NCBI GenBank assembly: GCA_026003615.1
Contig: BPHQ01000002.1
Location: 407,674 to 471,673 of the forward strand
From: Bellilinea sp.
Lineage (GTDB): Bacteria > Chloroflexota > Anaerolineae > Anaerolineales > Anaerolineaceae
DNA length: 64,000 nt
Direction of reading: 5' to 3'
The translations under genes and the position numbers were made by a program. The notes below the pieces were generated by a model. It was given only the letters and a program-made list of their open reading frames with translations. It was not told the DNA's origin and did not search any database. This document shows positions 52,633-61,316 of this stretch, piece by piece (position 1 is the stretch's first letter; every line of letters starts with the position of its first letter).

Positions 52633-53488
52633 GAGAGGAACAAATAGAATTTATAAGAAACATACATCTACTGACTGCGAGGAAGCCGCCTTGAGCCTGT
52701 TCGACTACCGCCCCCGTTTCTACGACCCCCTGCTGGGACGCTTCATCCAGCCGGACAGCCTTGTGCCGGGGGCAGGTAACCCGCTGGCATGGGACAGGTA
52801 TGCCTATGCTAATAACAACCCCATAATTTATAACGACCCGGATGGGCATTGGCCATGTTCATTCTCGAGTTCTGGCTTCAGTTGCTCAATAAGTACTTTT
52901 GGTCTAGGCAGTGTCGTAAATCGGCTGGGTGAGAAGTTGGGGGTGGAAAATGCCAGCGATATAGTATCTGGTGCGATGTCGAACATTGGTCTTGGACTTG
53001 ATATCGCGGCTGAGGCTGTCGATTTTGTAGCGAGCGCCATTGTCACGACAGGAATAGTTGTTGGAGCCACTGGTGGAGCTGTTATAACGCTTCCTGGTGG
53101 AGGAACAGCCGTAGTCACTGGTGCGGCGGGAGCGTCTGTGGGATGGGCAACGGCAGAATTAGGTGTTCGTCCATTAATAATTGCAGGTAACTCTTTGGCT
53201 TCTGGTGCCACTTTAACCACAGTATTATCCGAACTGATATCAGGCGATACCGGTTTCGAGTCCACTCTTGGTATCAGCGCAGAAGGCATCGAACTGAACA
53301 GCCAAGTGGCTGTTGGTTCGGCGAGTCAGGTCAGCATTTTTGCAACGACAGCAGGTTGGATATCGCCTCTTGCTTACCCATCTTTACTGATCCAGACAGG
53401 AACAGTATTGGGGGATCTTGGGGTTATTTCTCCACCACCCATTAAGATGGAGTTTAGACTGAAACGGGGGGAGTTGGAGGTAAGATGA
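52616..53488 (+). CDS. Orphan Rhs CT cassette 5 (Gly/Ala-rich hydrophobic CT)
   Basis: FDYRPRFYDPLLGRFIQPD..DPDGH followed by a long hydrophobic G/A/V/T region. Confidence 0.72.
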   Translation: MPMVNKRGTNRIYKKHTSTDCEEAALSLFDYRPRFYDPLLGRFIQPDSLVPGAGNPLAWDRYAYANNNPIIYNDPDGHWPCSFSSSGFSCSISTFGLGSVVNRLGEKLGVENASDIVSGAMSNIGLGLDIAAEAVDFVASAIVTTGIVVGATGGAVITLPGGGTAVVTGAAGASVGWATAELGVRPLIIAGNSLASGATLTTVLSELISGDTGFESTLGISAEGIELNSQVAVGSASQVSIFATTAGWISPLAYPSLLIQTGTVLGDLGVISPPPIKMEFRLKRGELEVR

Positions 53489-53886
53489 TGAAATTTACCT
53501 TCGTTCACTGGCTCCTGATATTACTATTGGGGATATTGGCTTTAGGCTGCCTGGTATCGGCAATAAGGCTGTTCAACGTGAAGTATCCAATCGAAAGGAA
53601 AGAACAATTTCGGCGATCGTTAAAAATAGGGGGTTTGGCAGCCATTTTTTCTTTCATTGTGGTATTGATCATTGGTGTATATATTTGGGCCGAAACTGGG
53701 GTTTTGAAAAGTATGATTTTGGCATTCCCGGGTCTTTGCTTGGTTCCATTCATCTTCGCAATCAGCGCTTTAGGGACATATGTCCAGTTCTTCTGGTATG
53801 CAAGGTTATCCAAATACAGAGATGATCTTATCCAGAGACAAATTGAACGGTTAGAATCACACGATCAAAAACCCCCTTTCAGATGA
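53485..53886 (+). CDS. Putative membrane immunity protein 5
   Basis: ATGA overlap, SD GGAGG, three hydrophobic segments. Confidence 0.65.
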   Translation: MMKFTFVHWLLILLLGILALGCLVSAIRLFNVKYPIERKEQFRRSLKIGGLAAIFSFIVVLIIGVYIWAETGVLKSMILAFPGLCLVPFIFAISALGTYVQFFWYARLSKYRDDLIQRQIERLESHDQKPPFR

Positions 53887-54180
53887 AAAGCGAAACAAGC
53901 CACTTGGAAAGGATCTCTCCCGCCTTCTGGAAACTTGCCTGGCTGCCATCTACAAAAAGGGGCTTGTGTTTTGAGTTTTCGTCCTGCCCTGGAAATGGAT
54001 GAGATAATGATAAAACCAATCTCTATCGGCTCCTTAAAAACTTACTGAAAATAAAAACGAAACCGGTGTACTGCAAGATTGCGAACAGCCTTGGAGCTTT
54101 CAATAATTGCCCCATCCTGCTACCTCAATAATTAAGACATAACATTTCGTTCCCGCCATCTCTACAAAGCGTGGGGTGAA

Positions 54181-55053
54181 TTGCGCTATACTACCGGTGA
54201 GTATTCTGTGCGCTACAAATTCACCGCCCAACGAGAGGAGCCCACCCTGGGATTGTATGACTACCGCGCCCGTTTCTACGACCCCCTGCTGGGACGCTTC
54301 ATCCAGCCGGACAGCCTTGTGCCGGGGGCAGGTAACCCGCTGGCATGGGACAGGTACGCCTACACCCTCAACAACCCGGTTCGGCACACCGACCCCAGCG
54401 GGCATTTTGCCTGTGGGGATGGAGTTGATGATCCAAGATGTGAGCAGTTTGAACCTACGCTGAAGGATTCTAAAATTATTTTTCAATTTGACACTAAAGT
54501 AATTATAGAAGAATCCATACCATTTACGCCTGAACAGCTTAGAGATTGGGGAACGAATCTCAATCACTTTGCTTTGGGGGTTGACGCACTGGCAGAATTG
54601 ATCGTAATTGGTCATATGGGAGTAGGCACAACCGCAGGAACTATTTTTGAAGGTAATCCCGTCTCAGGTATTCCATCAGGATTTGCCGCTGGTTGGATAT
54701 TGGGCGAAACAAATCCGATTGTCCAAAGTCTGATTACTGTTGGGAATGTTTCTGCAACCATAGCTTCAACAGCAAGTATCTTGGCCGATATGAAATCCGG
54801 TGATAGCCGTCTACAATTTCAAATTGCACAAGCACCTAAAAATATTACCATGACGGGTAATATCTTCTTTAGCTCAAATTCCTTGGCAAGCGGCTATCTA
54901 ACAACTTTGGGATGGGCAACTCGCATTGTAGAAGGCTCATTATTAATTCAAACAGCCGCTGTTGCCTTTGATCATGGGGTAATAAACACTCATATCTATA
55001 ATGTGCCTCTCAATTTTCAAATATCCACCCAAGTTGTATGGTATAAGGAGTAG
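54181..55053 (+). CDS. Orphan Rhs core + CT cassette 6
   Basis: DNA nearly identical to about 50636-50800 and about 52700-52800; DPSGH; hydrophobic CT resembling cassette 5. Confidence 0.72.
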   Translation: MRYTTGEYSVRYKFTAQREEPTLGLYDYRARFYDPLLGRFIQPDSLVPGAGNPLAWDRYAYTLNNPVRHTDPSGHFACGDGVDDPRCEQFEPTLKDSKIIFQFDTKVIIEESIPFTPEQLRDWGTNLNHFALGVDALAELIVIGHMGVGTTAGTIFEGNPVSGIPSGFAAGWILGETNPIVQSLITVGNVSATIASTASILADMKSGDSRLQFQIAQAPKNITMTGNIFFSSNSLASGYLTTLGWATRIVEGSLLIQTAAVAFDHGVINTHIYNVPLNFQISTQVVWYKE

Positions 55054-55406
55054 TGAAGATGAATTTCTGTCAGGGTTTTCCACTCTCAATTATCATAATC
55101 GCTTTAGTTATTATGATAATTGGCGCAAAGCCTTGGGAAGCACCTAAAACGAATAAACAGCGATTGGGACGTTCCATTTTGACAGGAATCGGTACCGCTA
55201 TAATTGTAATAAATGGGCTCGCCTTCATGGGAGTTAGCCAAAGTTCAGGAGATTGTGTTAGTGATTTCCTTGACTTGAATATTGGGTCGTGGGCTTGGAT
55301 AACCATTCCTATTTTTGTGATGACTACAATAGGTGCTTACATTGGATATTGCCAAATCATATGGCTGCATTCTTTTCGCAGGAAAATCGAAAAAAGGAGA
55401 AAGTAA
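55053..55406 (+). CDS. Putative membrane immunity protein 6
   Basis: SD AAGGAG, three hydrophobic segments. Confidence 0.6.
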   Translation: MKMNFCQGFPLSIIIIALVIMIIGAKPWEAPKTNKQRLGRSILTGIGTAIIVINGLAFMGVSQSSGDCVSDFLDLNIGSWAWITIPIFVMTTIGAYIGYCQIIWLHSFRRKIEKRRK

Positions 55407-55445
55407 TGGGTTTCTCTTTTTAAAAACCGATAGGAATTGATACTT

Positions 55446-55547
55446 ATCGGCAGCCAGCGGATTGCCGCACTTGCACCTGCCGCAAGTGCAGGTGTGAGGG
55501 AATACACCACCGCCGTCGGTAGTGTTTATTTCCTGTTCGGTGATCAT
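55446..55547 (+). pseudogene. Rhs core remnant carrying a 27-bp palindromic insertion
   Basis: Matches 50521-50595 except for CACTTGCACCTGCCGCAAGTGCAGGTG at 55468-55494 and a few substitutions. Confidence 0.8.
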
Positions 55548-55561
55548 CCTAGAATCTTGAA

Positions 55562-55969
55562 TTACCCTGCTTTACTTCGATGATAAAACTTGTGAAAAAT
55601 TCTCCATCCCGAAAGAATGATCAATAAAGCCCCACTCAGACTGGTGTAGGAATTAAAACCATACAAAACCCCACCAAAACTCCACTGCGGTGGTAATAAC
55701 GGATACAACCACGCATATAATCCCAAAGCCAGAAGGAATAGCAAAGCCAATACACCTGCTTTTTGTCCGGCAAAGTAGAGAAATATTCCCAAACTTACCC
55801 CCATAAAAATCAAGCTGCTCATGGCTACCACAACAAGGTGAGGAAAGAGAACAAACTCAGTTGCCATGGAATGTCGCACTACTCTGAGCAGCTGATCTAG
55901 TCCAAAGCAAACAACAGGATATAAAAACAGAAACCAAATGGCCTTTGTTTTCACATGCCTCCTATTCAT
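55562..55969 (-). CDS. Hypothetical membrane protein (about 4 TM)
   Basis: 135 aa, hydrophobic, low GC. Confidence 0.6.
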   Translation of the reverse strand: MNRRHVKTKAIWFLFLYPVVCFGLDQLLRVVRHSMATEFVLFPHLVVVAMSSLIFMGVSLGIFLYFAGQKAGVLALLFLLALGLYAWLYPLLPPQWSFGGVLYGFNSYTSLSGALLIILSGWRIFHKFYHRSKAG

Positions 55970-55993
55970 TATCCAACAATGCTTGAAAAACCA

Positions 55994-56701
55994 TTAGTCA
56001 CACACTAGAGCGCTTTGTCCTAAACCAATACAGAATTGTAATGTCCAGGAACTACCTCCACGGACTAATTGGCTATACAAATGGACACCATGGTTACCTA
56101 CTTCATCCTGCATATTTATAAAAACACCTCGCCATGGGGGGGTTGTAAAATAATAAACATTCAACTGGGGAACTCCTATCCAATATTGATAGCTTGTTGA
56201 GTAAGTTCTCCCAGTTTCGCTTACCCCTGCAACTCCCGGTCTAAGGTATGAGTTTCGAATACTCACAGTATTATCAAATTTTTGCCACATTGCAGAATAA
56301 TTATCTACCGCAATATATCGAACTCCATTGATGAACTTTTCTCGATATGCCATTTGCAAGGTAGCTTTTACTGCAGACGTTTGATCCCACTTACTTACCG
56401 ACTTCAAATATGATGAGGTAATTATGACTTCATAATCAACTATCTGACGGTCTGGGTCATTTTTATATCGAATATTTACAGGCAACTCTACTGTTCTTCC
56501 AGTTTCTGAGTTCCGTAGAAGTACCTTAACTCGTTCTCCCGCCGGGCCTCTTAAATACCTACTGGCTTGTACATCTGTTTGGGGAATAGATATTTGAATC
56601 AGCAAAATCATTATCAATATGACATATATTACCGATTTCCTGTCAAATTTACACTGATGGATTAAGAACCCTTCTTGGGGTGATTTTTCTCTCATTTTCA
56701 T
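55994..56701 (-). CDS. Hypothetical exported protein
   Basis: 235 aa with an N-terminal hydrophobic segment; low GC. Confidence 0.6.
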   Translation of the reverse strand: MKMREKSPQEGFLIHQCKFDRKSVIYVILIMILLIQISIPQTDVQASRYLRGPAGERVKVLLRNSETGRTVELPVNIRYKNDPDRQIVDYEVIITSSYLKSVSKWDQTSAVKATLQMAYREKFINGVRYIAVDNYSAMWQKFDNTVSIRNSYLRPGVAGVSETGRTYSTSYQYWIGVPQLNVYYFTTPPWRGVFINMQDEVGNHGVHLYSQLVRGGSSWTLQFCIGLGQSALVCD

Positions 56702-56901
56702 TCCTTTATCACTCCTATTTTATGAATAAACATCATAGAATTTATTTCATTATAGGAATAGCAACTTATCCATACAAGTACCCCTGGTCATAGAAGGTGG
56801 TATGACTTTCGGCATTAAGTAGATAACTGCAAAAAAATCATGACCGCCTGCTCATCTCGCGCAGGCGGTCTGTTTGGCTCGCTTCGGCACGCATACGGCG
56901 G

Positions 56902-57126
56902 TTACTTGATCCATTGGTCGAGCCGTCTGTCCAGCGCATACTGCCCGCTGCCGATGTACATTGCCGTCCAGATAAGACGGACAATGAATGCCACAGCGAA
57001 CAGCACCGCCACCACCAGCAGGACGGTATCCACAGCGGCGGTGTCCAGACCCAAGAGGGTCTCGAAGTCCACCCCCGCCAGATACAACCCCGCTCCGGCC
57101 AACAGGAACAAAATCAAGTGTTTCAT
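56902..57126 (-). CDS. Small two-TM protein
   Basis: MKHLILFLLAG start after AAGGAG; 74 aa. Confidence 0.6.
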   Translation of the reverse strand: MKHLILFLLAGAGLYLAGVDFETLLGLDTAAVDTVLLVVAVLFAVAFIVRLIWTAMYIGSGQYALDRRLDQWIK

Positions 57127-57366
57127 GGCTGCTCTCCTTTTCGAGTGGTTTTTCGGGCTGGCTGCCCTCTGACCGCCCACCCTCACGGATGAGCAGACAG
57201 AGAAGGCAGCCAGCCGCCACCCGTCCCGGCACACTGCGGGTAAGCGCGCCGGAAATGCGGAGAGCAGCCACTCCCGCCGTATTCGCCTGTCAACGAGCCG
57301 CCCGGAGACCAGGAACGGGCTGATCCCCGGACGGGGAAGGGGGACGCCTCCCCCACCCCCGTCCGC

Positions 57367-58635
57367 TTACCAGCGTTCCAGCCACAACGGTTCTTGCGGG
57401 GTGATGTCCACCATCTTGCGTAACTCATCCCCGATGAAACTGAGCGACTTCAAGTCGGTGGCCACCCCGCCCAGCCGCTCCGCCTTGCAGTCCCGCACCA
57501 GTTTCTCCCGTCCCTCTTCGTTCGCCGCACACAAGGCCACCCTGCCATCGTTCAACTCGGCCAGGTTCTTCCACTTCCTGCGGCTGCCATCGCCACGCTC
57601 GACCTCGACATACCAGCGCTCGCCGTCCCGCTCCACCTGCAAGTCGGGCCGCGCAGCCCCTTCCACCTGCGGCAATATCACCGCGTCCCAGCCGCGCAGC
57701 CGGGCGTGCAGCGCAAAGGCCAGCGCCATGACGCTGTGCGCTTCCTGCGCTGCTCCCTGATGCAGCCGTAACAGCCGCTCCCATTCGCTCTCCACGACCT
57801 GCCAGCCCCACAGGGCGCACAGGGCCTTGCCGTCCTCAGACAGCCGATAAACCGCCAGCCCGGTCTCGAACGGTTTGTACATGCGGATGTTGTCGCTCAC
57901 CAGCAGGCCGCTTTTCACCAGATCGTCCACCGGACGGCGGACCGAGTTCGTCCGCTCGGACAACCCCTCGACCACGCTCACCACCCGGTCAATCTCCATC
58001 CGGCTGCTGATGCCCCCTCTCGCCACCGCATACAGCACCAGCACCTTGCGCCGGTAGCGGATGCCCGATTCTTTCGGTTTCAACTGCGCCTTGAAGCGTT
58101 CCGGTGCGGGCGGAACGACCATCCCGCTCATCTCCTCGACCAACTTGCGCCACAATTCGGGCAGTTCGGCAGGGGTGAGGATGCGCTCGGCTGGCCGTCT
58201 GGCTTCGCCCTTCTGCTTCGGCTTTTCCTTCGCCTTCGCCTCATCCAGCCGTTGCTGCAACTCCTCACGGGCGCGGCGTTCCTGCGCCGCTTCCATCTGC
58301 GCCCGTTCCAGCCGTTCCCGCAGGGCGATCAATTCACCTTCCAGCTGCACCATGCGCCGTTCCAGCGCTTCATGTCCGTTGCCCTTCGGCTTCGTCCAGC
58401 CGCTGCCCGTCCCCACGCTGACGCCGTTCCAGAACGCCGTCCAGTCCGCCGCCGTCCAGACCTGCGGTATGGCGGGGTTGTCCCGCCTGCGGGCTTCCAA
58501 CGCTTCCCCTGCCAAACGCTGGGCCAGTTCCAGCACCAGCGCCCGGTACTCCCGCGCCACCCGCTCGGCGTTCTGGCGCAGTTCCCGCTCGGCGTTCAGG
58601 ATGTCCTCCAACGCCCGCTCACGGTAGGCTTCCAC
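57367..58635 (-). CDS. Coiled-coil + replication-relaxation-like (PD-(D/E)xK-fold) protein
   Basis: wHTH-like LVKSGLL..YRLSEDG, then H..ALAF..GW..RPDL..YVEVERG, as in Replic_Relax proteins; SD GGAGGTGA. Confidence 0.55.
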   Translation of the reverse strand: MEAYRERALEDILNAERELRQNAERVAREYRALVLELAQRLAGEALEARRRDNPAIPQVWTAADWTAFWNGVSVGTGSGWTKPKGNGHEALERRMVQLEGELIALRERLERAQMEAAQERRAREELQQRLDEAKAKEKPKQKGEARRPAERILTPAELPELWRKLVEEMSGMVVPPAPERFKAQLKPKESGIRYRRKVLVLYAVARGGISSRMEIDRVVSVVEGLSERTNSVRRPVDDLVKSGLLVSDNIRMYKPFETGLAVYRLSEDGKALCALWGWQVVESEWERLLRLHQGAAQEAHSVMALAFALHARLRGWDAVILPQVEGAARPDLQVERDGERWYVEVERGDGSRRKWKNLAELNDGRVALCAANEEGREKLVRDCKAERLGGVATDLKSLSFIGDELRKMVDITPQEPLWLERW

Positions 58636-59059
58636 CGCTCACCTCCGCTACCCTGCGGCTGGCTTCCGCCACCGCTTCCACCGCCCGCTCCCGGCTGTCG
58701 CCCATCGCCCAATTCCGCAGGGCCTGCGCGGCAGCCGCCACCGCTTCCCGCTGGGGCTGCAAGACCGCCTGCCCGCCTTTTGCCATCTCGTTCAGGATGC
58801 GGTCTGCCGCCACCTGCACCCGCAGAGGGTCAAGCGGCCTGTCCAGCAAGGCCGCCATCTCCTCGCAGGTCTTTTGCAAATCCCGCAGTTCCTGGCGGTA
58901 GGCACGCTCGGCCTTGTGAATCTGCCACTCGGCGTAGGTCAGGACTTTGCCGCCTTCCGGCGTGAACAGCCAGCCCAGCACACCCAGCAGTATCAGGGCA
59001 ATCACGGCCACGATAGCGGCCACAACCGAAAACTCTCTTGCGTCAATCTCGATTTCCAA
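58619..59059 (-). CDS. Hypothetical single-TM protein
   Basis: 146 aa in operon; N-terminal TM. Confidence 0.6.
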   Translation of the reverse strand: MEIEIDAREFSVVAAIVAVIALILLGVLGWLFTPEGGKVLTYAEWQIHKAERAYRQELRDLQKTCEEMAALLDRPLDPLRVQVAADRILNEMAKGGQAVLQPQREAVAAAAQALRNWAMGDSRERAVEAVAEASRRVAEVSGGSLP

Positions 59060-59335
59060 GCCTCGCTCCTTTCTGCCCGTGCCGTGGGGCAGGCGTTCGG
59101 CCTGTGCCTTGCGCCTGCCTGCTGCCCTACCAGGTCAGCCCGGCGACCATCTGGTACACCAGCACCAAGACCCGCTTGGCCAGCAGATTTCCCACGAACA
59201 GGGCGGCTGCCACCTGGACGGCAGACAGCCACAAATTGACGGCTGCACTCCTCATAGGGCGGAGACCTCCTTTCGCCGAATCTGGATCCCCGCACCCTCG
59301 TGAGCTTGGCAGACCCCGGGCATCCGTCAAACTCC

Positions 59336-59776
59336 CTAACGCCGGTTGACCCGCATCTCCGACACCGCCACCACATGCACATTCAAAGTTGGCGATGAGG
59401 GGATGAGCAGTTTCAGCCCGGCGCTGGCCGTGCAGCGCGCCACCGTTGGCGATAACAGCGATATGCCGGTCAGGGCAGGTGAATAGCCGACAATGCCCTT
59501 GTTGGCCACCGTCCCGCTGAACGCCTGCGCCGCATAAGACGCACCCAGTCCCAGATTGATTTGCCGTGCGCCGGTTCGGACAAAGGTGGGCGTATCCAAT
59601 GCCTGCGCCGCCGCTTCACAGGCGGCATCCGCCGCCGCCTGCAATTGGGCTTGCAGGTACAACGCCCGCACGATGTCCACCGTCAGCACCGCCAGCGGGA
59701 TGACCACGAAGGTCAGCACGATCACGAAATAGGCCATCGTCTGCCCGCGTTCGCCGTTGCGAAATGTCCGTTTCAT
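59336..59776 (-). CDS. Tad/Flp pseudopilin (TadG-like N-terminus)
   Basis: ERGQTM + TM + VD...LQAAADAACEAAA. Confidence 0.8.
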   Translation of the reverse strand: MKRTFRNGERGQTMAYFVIVLTFVVIPLAVLTVDIVRALYLQAQLQAAADAACEAAAQALDTPTFVRTGARQINLGLGASYAAQAFSGTVANKGIVGYSPALTGISLLSPTVARCTASAGLKLLIPSSPTLNVHVVAVSEMRVNRR

Positions 59777-59778
59777 GC

Positions 59779-60183
59779 CTACCATCCTTCCTGCCGGAAG
59801 GTGGCCTGCGCCTGACCTTTGAACTCCACCGCTCCGCCACCGCCCAGCAGTCCCAGCATCGAGCCGATGTAATTGGGGGCCGTCCAGTTCACCGTGACCA
59901 CCACCAGCGAACCGGGACGCCCGCCGCCCGAAGCGGCTACCGAGTAATCCCCAATCATCGTCCGCGACAGCGCACTGTGGGCAGCGGAAGCCGCAGCCGC
60001 CGCTGCCCCGCCCTGCGTGACCGAGCCGACCCGTGCGCCGTAATTGGCGGCATTGGCCGCCGCTACGGACGCATACCCGGCAATGGCGAAGTTGATCAGC
60101 GCAAAGGTCAAGACCAGCACCACCGGCAGCGATACGGCGGTCTCCGCCATCGCATTCCCAGCCTCATGCCGTCTTTTGACCAT
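59779..60183 (-). CDS. TadE-like pseudopilin
   Basis: EAGNAMAETAVSLPVVL..AANYGAR; SD GGAGG. Confidence 0.85.
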   Translation of the reverse strand: MVKRRHEAGNAMAETAVSLPVVLVLTFALINFAIAGYASVAAANAANYGARVGSVTQGGAAAAAASAAHSALSRTMIGDYSVAASGGGRPGSLVVVTVNWTAPNYIGSMLGLLGGGGAVEFKGQAQATFRQEGW

Positions 60184-60196
60184 CGCCGCCCTCCGA

Positions 60197-60358
60197 CTAG
60201 ATACCGCTGGCAACCTGCATGATTTTGCCCAGAATGTTGATGCCCAAGGCCTGGAAGCCTGCCAGGGCCACCAGCAGGATCAGCGCACCGACTACGGCGT
60301 ACTCGCCCATGTCGTTCGCCTCACGGCTCAGCAAGAACAGTTTGATTTTCTCGAACAT
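60197..60358 (-). CDS. Flp-type major pilin (53 aa, absent from the ORF track)
   Basis: MFEKIKLFLLSREANDMGEYAVVGALILLVALAGFQALGINILGKIMQVASGI*; EY Flp motif; SD GGAGG. Confidence 0.8.
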   Translation of the reverse strand: MFEKIKLFLLSREANDMGEYAVVGALILLVALAGFQALGINILGKIMQVASGI

Positions 60359-60399
60359 GACTTAACCTCCCGAAATGATTTGAATTGGAATGGATAGAA

Positions 60400-60770
60400 A
60401 CGCACCTGCCGCAAACACGGGCACCGCCGGAAAGCGGGCATCTTTCCCGTGACGCAGCCACAATCCCGCTCCGACCAGCAGCCGAAGCACCAGCGCCAGC
60501 AGGAAACCTGCGGGCATGAACACCGCCATAACAGCCAGAATCTTCCCGTCCGCTCCGCCTGTACCTCCTTTCCAGCAACGACAAGAACATCACCAGCGTC
60601 ACCAGTCCGAACAGCCAGCAGGGTTTCCACCCGTGCCAGACCGCCCACAGCCCCGCCAGCACAAAGGGGGCATGGTCAGCCAGTTCGAGCACCTGCCTGC
60701 GAAGCAGGTCTTGCACGGCGCACAGACCGTCAGCCACAGGACAAGCGACCGCTCGTAAGCCACCATGCAT
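60400..60770 (-). pseudogene. A24 prepilin-peptidase-like gene, multiply frameshifted; limits approximate
   Basis: Pieces LWLTVCA / VQDLLRRQV / SNWLTMPP / FVLAGLWAVW in alternating frames resemble the D..R...N.LT motif; next to the pilin. Confidence 0.45.
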
Positions 60771-61316
60771 TCATTTCTTCTCCGCCAGAGGGACACGGTA
60801 GAAGTACAGCCGCTTGGGTTCGCCCCAGTTGACGCCCAGCGCCTTGCCCACCTGCCCGGCTTCGATGTCGAACCACTCCCCGGCGTTCAGGATCGAGCGT
60901 TCCTCGACCTGCACCTTGCCGGGATTGCGCCCCAGAAGCGGGTCAACCAGGTTGGCCACCTTGCCGTTTTTGGCTTCCAACGGCTTCAACAGCCGTTTCA
61001 GCCGGTCGGGTGAGAAGGGCGAGACCACCAGCCGGGTGGCGTTGTCGGTCAGGAACGAGACCGCCAGAGCCTCACCCTGCACCCGCTCCACGCCGGTCAG
61101 GGTCAGGTCAAGGTGCTGCCCCAGCCAGGCCAGCGGATTTTCCACCCTGACCGCCTGACGCTGCTTCTCCCGCTTTTCGGCAACCTGCATCAGATACCAG
61201 TCCGAAAGCACCTGCTCCATCTCCCGCAGGGCGGACGCCTGTCGGGAGTTGTACAGGGTGAGGATGGCACCCAGCATCAGCACGGCTGCCAGTGTCGCTG
61301 CTGCCCATAAGTCCAT
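60771..61316 (-). CDS. Hypothetical single-TM protein
   Basis: Start MDLWAA after AGGAGGTGA, overlapping the upstream stop. Confidence 0.65.
   Translation of the reverse strand: MDLWAAATLAAVLMLGAILTLYNSRQASALREMEQVLSDWYLMQVAEKREKQRQAVRVENPLAWLGQHLDLTLTGVERVQGEALAVSFLTDNATRLVVSPFSPDRLKRLLKPLEAKNGKVANLVDPLLGRNPGKVQVEERSILNAGEWFDIEAGQVGKALGVNWGEPKRLYFYRVPLAEKK

Noticed and set aside
46141-55547. Integron cassette array or diversity-generating retroelement
   Set aside because: No attC-like GTTRRRY-bounded palindromes noticed, no IntI-type insertion evident in either recombinase, no reverse transcriptase; the repeats are Rhs core homology.
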